Source of the DNA: Paraphysomonas bandaiensis
Taxonomy: Eukaryota; Protista; Chrysophyceae
Direction: 5' to 3'
NCBI GenBank assembly: GCA_965644295.1
Contig: CBFFRP010000623.1
Location: 1 to 31,595 of the forward strand
Length of the DNA: 31,595 nucleotides
The position numbers and the translations under genes are program-made. The notes under the pieces were generated by a model. The model did not search any database. It saw only the letters and a program-made list of their open reading frames with translations, and had not been told where the DNA came from. Below, in pieces: positions 20,569-31,595 of the stretch; within the stretch, counting starts at the first letter, position 1, and every line of letters begins with the position of its first letter.

Positions 20569-23500
20569 TTATCCAAAATAACCCATGTCAGTCTCCAGCG
20601 AAAGCAGGCGTTCTTGCAACCGACGAACTTCGTTCTGAACTGTACTCCAAGCGCGACGCTTGATTGATATCATCGTTTCGCGAAGTGCATCGACAGACTT
20701 AACAAGAGCATTCCTATCTACAACTACGCCATTAGGCGAAATTATTTCCTCTACAGCAGACATATGCTGAAATAAGAGAGAGTATAAATCCGCGATAATC
20801 ACTTCACTCTCGCTAAAAACCATATCGTTTTTAGATTTCTGTAAATTCGCTAGCAGCTTCCGAGCATCACATAAATCAACATCAAAATCAGTACAACCCT
20901 CGCCATTTACTTTGTCCGCACCCTCATACTCAACATCATCAAGTGGCGATGATGATAAGGGAGCTTCTCGGGCCTACAACAACACAGACACACAAACACA
21001 ATTCATTAGAAACAATCAATACACTGTAGATAAAATACTAACAACAACAATAAGATCAACATAAACAATAACAATAATGTAAATGACAACAACATTACAC
21101 ACTCAGACACCACGTACATTAGCACTAGACCCGACACCATCATCTCTCTCTGCAGGACCAACATCATCAACATCAACAGGACGCAAAACACCATCCTCCG
21201 AAACAGGTGCCACATCCTCCGACACGGGTGCATCATCCACAATCTCACGAACACCATCTACATCGCCCACAGAATCCTTACGCATATCTTCATCCACAGG
21301 CACAGTGCTCGGTTCCGATTCTGCTTTAGGTACATCACTGTCTGATACACCTCCTGGAGTAGTATCACCCCTATCCCCACCATCCAAATCAGATGATTTG
21401 CCATCCGCAGAGGGAACAGTGCTAAGAGCACCCTCTCCTTTCTCACTATCCTCGTCATTTACTCTGTCCGCACCCTCATACTCAACATCATCACGTGGCG
21501 ATGATGATAAGGGAGCTTCTCGGGCCTACAACAAAACACACACAGAAACACAAACACAATTCATTAGAAACACTCAATACACTGTAGATAATATACTAAC
21601 AACAACATAAACAATAACAATAATGTAAATGAAAACAACATTACACACTCAGACACCACGTACATTAGCACTAGACCCGACACCATCATCTCTCTCTGCA
21701 GGACCAACAACATCATCCTTATCAGAATCATTAACATCAACAGGACGCAAAACACCATCCTCCGAAACGGATGCATCATCCACACTCTCATGAACACCGT
21801 CTACATCGCCCACAGAATCCTTACGCATATCTTCTTCAACCAACAATGTATTTTCATCTGATGTTGACATCATATCTATATCACAAATGTCGTCATCACC
21901 AGACAACTCAGATGACATCATACTGTCGCTCAAAGAGTCATCATCAACTTCGTCATCAACAGACTCTTGCATTGCCAGCAATGCAACGGTTCCAACAGGG
22001 GAATCTAGAGGACGATTAAGCAAGGTACTCTGTTCCGATTCTGCTTTAGGTACATCACTGTCTGATACATCTCCTGGAGTAGTATCACCTCTATCCCCAC
22101 CATCCAAATCAGATGATTTGCCATCCGCAGAGGGAACAGTGCCAATAGCACCCTCTCCTTCCTCACTATCCTCGTCATTTACTTTGTCCGCACCCTCATA
22201 CTCAACATCATCAAGTGGCGATGATGATAAGGGAGCTTCTCGGGCCTACAACAACACAGACACACAAACCAATTCATTAAAAACATTCAGTACACTGTAG
22301 ATAATATACTAACAACAACATAAACAATAACAATAATGTAAATGACAACAACATTACACACTCAGACACCACGTACATTAGCACTAGACCCGACACCATC
22401 ATCTCTCTCTGCAGGAACAACAACATCATCCTTATCAGAATCATTAACATCAACAGGACGCAAAACACCATCCTCCGAAACGGATGCATCATCCACACTC
22501 TCATGAACACCGTCTACATCGCCTACAGAATCCTTACGCATATCTTCTTCAACCAACAATGTATTTTCATCTGATGTTGACATCATATCTATATCACAAA
22601 TGTCGTCATCACCAGACAACTCAGATGACATCATACTGTCGCTCAAAGAGTCATCATCAACTTCATCATCAACAGACTCTTGCATTGCCAGCAATGCAAC
22701 GGTTCCAACAGGGGAATCTAGAGGACGATTAAGCAAGGTACTCGGTTCCGATTCTGCTTTAGGTACATCACTGTCTGATACACCTCCTGGAGTAGTATCA
22801 CCTCTATCCCCACCATCCAAATCAGATGATTTGCCATCCGCAGAGGGAACAGTGCCAATAGCACCCTCTCCTTTCTCACTATCCTCGTCATTTACTTTGT
22901 CCGCACCCTCATACTCAACATCATCAAGTGGCGATGATGATAAGGGAGCTTCTCGGGCCTACAACAACACAGACACACAAACACAATTCATTAGAAACAC
23001 TCAATACACTGTAGATAAAATACTGACAACAACATAAACAATAACAATAATGTAAATGACAACAACATTACACACTCAGACACCACGTACATTAGCACTA
23101 GACCCGACACCATCATCTCTCTCTGCAGGACCAACATCATCAACATCATCAACATCAACAGGACGCAAAACACCATCCTCCGAAACAGGTGCCACATCCT
23201 CCTTGGATGCATCATCCACACTATCTACATCGCCCACAGAATCCTTACGCATATCTTCATCCACAGGCACAGTGCTCGGTTCCGATTCCGCCGCTTTAGG
23301 TACATCACTGTCTGATACACCTCCTGGAGTAGTATCACCTCTATCCCCACCATCCAAATCAGATGATTTGCCATCCGCAGAGGGAACAGTGCCAATAGCA
23401 CCCTCTCCTTTCTCACTATCCTCGTCATTTACTTTGTCCGCACCCTCATACTCAACATCATCAAGTGGCGATGATGATAAGGGAGCTTCTCGGGCCTACA

Positions 23501-26500
23501 ACAACACAGACACACAAACACAATTCATTAGAAACACTCAATACATTGTAGATAAAATACTAACAACAACATAAACAATAACAATAATGTAAATGACAAC
23601 AACATTACACACTCAGACACCACGTACATTAGCACTAGACCCGACACCATCATCTCTCTCTGCAGGACCAACATCATCAACATCATCAACATCAACAGGA
23701 CGCAAAACACCATCCTCCGAAACAGGTGCCACATCCTCCTTGGATGCATCATCCACACTATCTACATCGCCCACAGAATCCTTACGCATATCTTCATCCA
23801 CAGGCACAGTGCTCGGTTCCGATTCCGCCGCTTTAGGTACATCACTGTCTGATACACCTCCTGGAGTAGTATCACCTCTATCCCCACCATCCAAATCAGA
23901 TGATTTGCCATCCGCAGAGGGAACAGTGCCAATAGCACCCTCTCCTTTCTCACTATCCTCGTCATTTACTTTGTCCGCACCCTCATACTCAACATCATCA
24001 AGTGGCGATGATGATAAGGGAGCTTCTCGGGCCTACAACAACACAGACACACAAACACAATTCATTAGAAACAATCAATACACTGTAGATAAAATACTAA
24101 CAACAACAATAAGATCAACAACAACAATAATGTAAATGACAACAACATTACACACTCAGACACCACGTACATTAGCACTAGACCCGACACCATCATCTCT
24201 CTCTGCAGGACCAACATCATCAACATCAACATCAACAGGACGCAAAACACCATCCTCCGAAACAGGTGCCACATCCTCCGACACGGGTGCATCATCCACA
24301 CTCTCAGGAGCACCATCTACATCGCCCACAGATTCCTTACGCATATCTTCATCCACAGGCACAGTGCTCGGTTCCGATTCTGCTTTAGGTACATCACTGT
24401 CTGATACACCTCCTGGAGTAGTATCACCTCTATCCCCACCATCCAAATCAGATGATTTGCCATCCGCAGAGGGAACAGTGCCAATAGCACCCTCTCCTTT
24501 CTCACTATCCTCGTCATTTACTTTGTCCGCACCCTCATACTCAACATCATCAAGTGGCGATGATGATAAGGGAGCTTCTCGGGCCTACAACAACACAGAC
24601 ACACAAACACAATTCATTAGAAACAATCAATACACTGTAGATAAAATACTAACAACAACAATAAGATCAACAACAACAATAATGTAAATGACAACAACAT
24701 TACACACTCAGACACCACGTACATTAGCACTAGACCCGACACCATCATCTCTCTCTGCAGGACCAACATCATCAACATCAACATCAACAGGACGCAAAAC
24801 ACCATCCTCCGAAACAGGTGCCACATCCTCCGACACGGGTGCATCATCCACAATCTCACGAGCACCATCTACATCGCCCACAGAATCCTTACGCATATCT
24901 TCATCCACAGGCACAGTGCTCGGTTCCGATTCTGCTTTAGGTACATCACTGTCTGATACACCTCCTGGAGTAGTATCACCTCTATCCCCACCATCCAAAT
25001 CAGATGATTTGCCATCCGCAGAGGGAACAGTGCCAATAGCACCCTCTCCTTTCTCACTATCCTCGTCATTTACTTTGTCCGCACCCTCATACTCAACATC
25101 ATCAAGTGGCGATGATGATAAGGGAGCTTCTCGGGCCTACAACAACACAGACACACAAACACAATTCATTAGAAACACTCAATACACTGTAGATAAAATA
25201 CTAACAACAACATAAACAATAACAATAATGTAAATGACAACAACATTACACACTCAGACACCACGTACATTAGCACTAGACCCGACACCATCATCTCTCT
25301 CTGCAGGACCAACATCATCAACATCAACATCAACAGGACGCAAAACACCATCCTCCGAAACAGGTGCCACATCCTCCGACACGGGTGCATCATCCACACT
25401 CTCACGAACACCATCTACATCGCCCACAGATTCCTTACGCATATCTTCATCCACAGGCACAGTGCTCGGTTCCGATTCTGCTTTAGGTACATCACTGTCT
25501 GATACACCTCCTGGAGTAGTATCACCTCTATCCCCACCATCCAAATCAGATGATTTGCCATCCGCAGAGGGAACAGTGCTAATAGCACCCTCTCCTTTCT
25601 CACTATCCTCGTCATTTACTCTGTCCGCACCCTCATCCTCTACATCATCACGTGGCGATGATGATAAGGGAGCTTCTCGGGCCTACAACAAAACACACAC
25701 AGAAACACAATTCATTAGAAACACTCAATACACTGTAGATAAAATACTAACAACAACATAAACAATAACAATAATGTAAATGACAACAACATTACACACT
25801 CAGACACCACGTACATTAGCACTAGACCCGACACCATCATCTCTCTCTGCAGGACCAACATCATCAACATCAACATCAACAGGACGCAAAACACCATCCT
25901 CCGAAACAGGTGCCACATCCTCCGACACGGGTGCATCATCCACACTCTCACGAACACCATCTACATCGCCCACAGATTCCTTACGCATATCTTCATCCAC
26001 AGGCACAGTGCTCGGTTCCGATTCTGCTTTAGGTACATCACTGTCTGATACACCTCCTGGAGTAGTATCACCTCTATCCCCACCATCCAAATCAGATGAT
26101 TTGCCATCCGCAGAGGGAACAGTGCCAATAGCACCCTCTCCTTTCTCACTATTCTCGTCATTTACTCTGTCCGCACCCTCATCCTCTACATCATCACGTG
26201 GCGATGATGATAAGGGAGCTTCTCGGGCCTACAACAAAACACACACAGAAACACAATTCATTAGAAACAATCAATACACTGTAGATAAAATACTAACAAC
26301 AACAATAAGATCAACAATAACAATAATGTAAATGACAACAACATTACACACTCAGACACCACGTACATTAGCACTAGACCCGACACCATCATCTCTCTCT
26401 GCAGGACCAACATCATCAACATCAACATCAACAGGACGCAAAACACCATCCTCCGAAACAGGTGCCACATCCTCCGACACGGGTGCATCATCCACACTCT

Positions 26501-29500
26501 CACGAACACCATCTACATCGCCCACAGATTCCTTACGCATATCTTCATCCACAGGCACAGTGCTCGGTTCCGATTCTGCTTTAGGTACATCACTGTCTGA
26601 TACACCTCCTGGAGTAGTATCACCTCTATCCCCACCATCCAAATCAGATGATTTGCCATCCGCAGAGGGAACAGTGCCAATAGCACCCTCTCCTTTCTCA
26701 CTATTCTCGTCATTTACTCTGTCCGCACCCTCATCCTCAACATCATCACGTGGCGATGATGATAAGGGAGCTTCTCGGGCCTACAACAAAACACACACAC
26801 AAACACAATTCATTAGAAACACTCAATACACTGTAGATAAAATACTAACAACAACAATACGTTCAACAACATAAACAATAACAATAATGTAAATGACAAC
26901 AACATTACACACTCAGACACCACGTACATTAGCACTAGACCCGACACCATCATCTCTCTCTGCAGGACCAACATCATCAACATCAACAGGACGCAAAACA
27001 CCATCCTCCGAAACAGGTGCCACATCCTCCTTGGATGCATCATCCACAATCTCACGAACACCATCTACATCGCCCACAGAATCCTTACGCATATCTTCAT
27101 CCACAGGCACAGTGCTCGGTTCCGATTCCGCCGCTTTAGGTACATCACTGTCTGATACACCTCCTGGAGTAGTATCACCTCTATCCCCACCATCCAAATC
27201 AGATGATTTGCCATCCGCAGAGGGAACAGTGCCAATAGCACCCTCTCCTTTCTCACTATTCTCGTCATTTACTCTGTCCGGACCCTCATCCTCTACATCA
27301 TCACGTGGCGATGATGATAAGGGAGCTTCTCGGGCCTACAACAAAACACACACACAAACACAATTCATTAGAAACACTCAATACACTGTAGATAAAATAC
27401 TAACAACAACAATAAGATCAACATAAACAATAACAATAATGTAAATGACAACAACATTACACACTCAGACACCACGTACATTAGCACTAGACCCGACACC
27501 ATCATCTCTCTCTGCAGGACCAACATCATCAACATCAACAGGACGCAAAACACCATCCTCCGAAACAGGTGCCACATCCTCCTTGGATGCATCATCCACA
27601 ATCTCACGAACACCATCTACATCGCCCACAGAATCCTTACGCATATCTTCATCCACAGGCACAGTGCTCGGTTCCGATTCCGCCGCTTTAGGTACATCAC
27701 TGTCTGATACACCTCCTGGAGTAGTATCACCTCTATCCCCACCATCCAAATCAGATGATTTGCCATCCGCAGAGGGAACAGTGCCAATAGCACCCTCTCC
27801 TTTCTCACTATCCTCGTCATTTACTTTGTCCGCACCCTCATACTCAACATCATCAAGTGGCGATGATGATAAGGGAGCTTCTCGGGCCTACAACAAAACA
27901 CACACAGAAACACAATTCATTAGAAACACTCAATACATTGTAGATGAAATACTAACAACAACAATACGATCAACAATTACAATAATGTAAAGACAACAAC
28001 ATTACACACTCAGACACCACGTACATTAGCACTAGACCCGACACCATCATCTCTCTCTGCAGGACCAACATCATCAACATCAACATCAACAGGACGCAAA
28101 ACACCATCCTCCGAAACAGGTGCCACATCCTCCGACACGGGTGCATCATCCACACTCTCACGAACACCATCTACATCGCCCACAGAATCCTTACGCATAT
28201 CTTCATCCACAGGCACAGTGCTCGGTTCCGATTCTGCTTTAGGTACATCACTGTCTGATACACCTCCTGGAGTAGTATCACCTCTATCCCCACCATCCAA
28301 ATCAGATGATTTGCCATCCGCAGAGGGAACAGTGCCAATAGCACCCTCTCCTTTCTCACTATCCTCGTCATTTACTCTGTCCGCACCCTCATACTCAACA
28401 TCATCAAGTGGCGATGATGATAAGGGAGCTTCTCGGGCCTACAACAACACAGACACACAAACACAATTCATTAGAAACACTCAATACACTGTAGATAAAA
28501 TACTGACAACAACAATACGATCAACAATTACAATAATGTAAATGACAACAACATTACACACTCAGACACCACGTACATTAGCACTAGACCCGACACCATC
28601 ATCTCTCTCTGCAGGACCAACATCATCAACATCAACAGGACGCAAAACACCATCCTCCGAAACAGGTGCCACATCCTCCGACACGGGTGCATCATCCACA
28701 ATCTCACGAACACCATCTACATCGCCCACAGAATCCTTACGCATATCTTCATCCACAGGCACAGTGCTCGGTTCCGATTCTGCTTTAGGTACATCACTGT
28801 CTGATACACCTCCTGGAGTAGTATCACCTCTATCCCCACCATCCAAATCAGATGATTTGCCATCCGCAGAGGGAACAGTGCCAATAGCACCCTCTCCTTT
28901 CTCACTATCCTCGTCATTTACTTTGTCCGCACCCTCATACTCAACATCATCAAGTGGCGATGATGATAAGGGAGCTTCTCGGGCCTACAACAACACAGAC
29001 ACACAAACACAATTCATTAGAAACACTCAATACACTGTAGATAAAATACTAACAACAACAATACGATCAACAATTACAATAATGTAAATGACAACAACAT
29101 TACACACTCAGACACCACGTACATTAGCACTAGACCCGACACCATCATCTCTCTCTGCAGGACCAACATCATCAACATCAACAGGACGCAAAACACCATC
29201 CTCCGAAACAGGTGCCACATCCTCCTTGGATGCATCATCCACACTCTCAGGAACACCGTCCATAGAATCATTAAGTATGCTGTCACCAGACGCTATCTCA
29301 TCAGCGGTCAATAAATTCTCCTTAATATCATCGGTATCGTTTCTAGATGACGCAACACTGTTATTTGAAGATTCATCATCCTCAGAATCAACAGACTGCT
29401 GCATAGCCAATAACGCAGCTGTTCCTAAACCAGGTGCCAGAGAACTCATAGGCACAGAGCTATCATCATCATCATCATCAACAGGACGCAAAACACCATC

Positions 29501-31595
29501 CTCCGAAACAGGTGCCACATCCTCCGACACGGGTGCATCATCCACACTCTCAGGAGCACCATCTACATCGCCCACAGAATCCTTACGCATATCTTCATCC
29601 ACAGGCACAGTGCTCGGTTCCGATTCTGCTTTAGGTACATCACTGTCTGATACACCTCCTGGAGTAGTATCACCTCTATCCCCACCATCCAAATCAGATG
29701 ATTTGCCATCCGCAGAGGGAACAGTGCCAATAGCACCCTCTCCTTTCTCACTATCCTCGTCATTTACTTTGTCCGCACCCTCATACTCAACATCATCAAG
29801 TGGCGATGATGATAAGGGAGCTTCTCGGGCCTACAACAACACAGACACACAAACACAATTCATTAGAAACACTCAATACACTGTAGATAAAATACTAACA
29901 ACAACTAGATCAACAACAACAATAATGTAAATGACAACAACATTACACACTCAGACACCACGTACATTAGCACTAGACCCGACACCATCATCTCTCTCTG
30001 CAGGACCAACATCATCAACATCAACAGGACGCAAAACACCATCCTCCGAAACAGGTGCCATATCCTCCTTGGATGCATCATCCACACTCTCAGGAACACC
30101 GTCCATAGAATCAATAAGTATGCTGTCACCAGACGCTATCTCATCAGCGGTCAATAAATTCTCCTTAATATCATCGGTATCGTTTCTAGATGACGCAACA
30201 CTGTTATTTGAAGATTCATCATCCTCAGAATCAACAGATTGCTGCATAGCCAATAACGCAGCTGTTCCTAAACCAGGTGCCAGAGAACTCATAGGCACAG
30301 AGCTATCATCATCAACATCAACATCAACAGGACGCAAAACACCATCCTCCGAAACAGGTGCCACATCCTCCGACACGGGTGCATCATCCACACTCTCAGG
30401 AGCACCATCTACATCGCCCACAGAATCCTTACGCATATCTTCATCCACAGGCACAGTGCTCGGTTCCGATTCTGCTTTAGGTACATCACTGTCTGATACA
30501 CCTCCTGGAGTAGTATCACCTCTATCCCCACCATCCAAATCAGATGATTTGCCATCCGCAGAGGGAACAGTGCCAATAGCACCCTCTCCTTTCTCACTAT
30601 CCTCGTCATTTACTTTGTCCGCACCCTCATACTCAACATCATCAAGTGGCGATGATGATAAGGGAGCTTCTCGGGCCTACAACAACACAGACACACAAAC
30701 ACAATTCATTAGAAACACTCAATACACTGTAGATAAAATACTAACAACAACATAAACAATAACAATAATGTAAATGACAACAACATTACACACTCAGACA
30801 CCACGTACATTAGCACTAGACCCGACACCATCATCTCTCTCTGCAGGACCAACATCATCAACATCAACATCAACAGGACGCAAAACACCATCCTCCGAAA
30901 CAGGTGCCACATCCTCCGACACGGGTGCATCATCCACACTCTCACGAACACCATCTACATCGCCCACAGAATCCTTACGCATATCTTCATCCACAGGCAC
31001 AGTGCTCGGTTCCGATTCTGCTTTAGGTACATCACTGTCTGATACACCTCCTGGAGTAGTATCACCTCTATCCCCACCATCCAAATCAGATGATTTGCCA
31101 TCCGCAGAGGGAACAGTGCCAATAGCACCCTCTCCTTTCTCACTATCCTCGTCATTTACTTTGTCCGCACCCTCATACTCAACATCATCAAGTGGCGATG
31201 ATGATAAGGGAGCTTCTCGGGCCTACAACAACACAGACACACAAACACAATTCATTAGAAACACTCAATACACTGTAGATAAAATACTGACAACAACAAT
31301 ACGATCAACAATAACAATAATGTAAATGACAACAACATTACACACTCAGACACCACGTACATTAGCACTAGACCCGACACCATCATCTCTCTCTGCAGGA
31401 CCAACATCATCAACATCAACATCAACAGGACGCAAAACACCATCCTCCGAAACAGGTGCCACATCCTCCGACACGGGTGCATCATCCACACTCTCAGGAG
31501 CACCATCTACATCGCCCACAGATTCCTTACGCATATCTTCATCCACAGGCACAGTGCTCGGTTCCGATTCTGCTTTAGGTACATCACTGTCTGAT
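20569..31595 (-). CDS. 3' part of a giant acidic (D/E/S/G/V/P-rich) tandem-repeat protein, roughly 2,800 aa within the window; 17 complete repeat exons, 1 partial exon and a unique terminal exon
   Basis: Each unit has donor GCTAAT|GTACGT, a CTAAT branch-like motif and acceptor TTGTAG|GCCCGA, all phase 0. Exons checked are multiples of 3 (e.g. 21118-21525 = 408, 21664-22245 = 582, 28025-28438 = 414, 29123-29830 = 708). The last exon 20569-20973 starts with the repeat head and runs in frame into a unique tail ending ...LETDMGYFG*. Confidence 0.85.
20898..31595. repeat. Tandem array of ~540-850 bp intron+exon units (18 acceptor sites visible)
   Basis: Exon starts at 20973, 21525, 22245, 22958, 23495, 24032, 24584, 25136, 25682, 26228, 26780, 27335, 27887, 28438, 28984, 29830, 30676 and 31222. 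Confidence 0.98.

Noticed and set aside
21083-31325. Repeated + strand Ser/Thr-rich 'mucin-like' ORFs (MTTTLHTQ..., 172-280 aa)
   Set aside because: Antisense shadows of the acidic exons (GAT/GTT codons read as TCA/ACA). Splice signals and the in-frame unique last exon are on the minus strand, and the + ORF start is lost in some units (e.g. ~21630, ~27990).
21006-31506. Hydrophobic Met/Leu-rich minus-strand ORFs (MVFVR...LLLLF)
   Set aside because: Alternative-frame readings that run into the GTT/ATT-rich introns; they are truncated by intronic indels in some units.
20898-31595. CRISPR array or non-coding satellite
   Set aside because: No unique spacers, units exceed 500 bp, the context is eukaryotic, and exon frame is preserved.

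Overview
Compact eukaryotic genomic DNA with short GT-AG introns (mostly about 44-70 nt). The gene content suggests a stramenopile-like protist, which is an inference. From left to right: (1) a young Ty1/copia LTR retrotransposon on the minus strand, with LTRs identical over the 166 bp visible in both, a frameshift in a PPT-like G-run, and an RT that stops directly at the PPT with no RNase H; (2) a divergent pair of an R3HCC1L-like gene and prohibitin-2; (3) a membrane-anchored glycosyltransferase with a GT2 domain and a possible second GT-like domain; (4) a 2.7-kb intergenic region holding an unannotated ~810-nt degenerate fold-back with + strand G:U bias, followed by a telomere-template-like 10-mer and an orphan tRNA-iMet PBS-like site resembling the copia leader; (5) a GPCR-PIPK fusion gene with the LR(x)9GI linker motif; (6) an intronless 2OG-Fe(II) oxygenase; (7) the 3' 11 kb of a giant gene built from at least 18 near-identical intron+exon cassettes (all phase 0), encoding an extremely acidic repeat protein with a unique helical C-terminus. 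All alignments and counts were made by eye.
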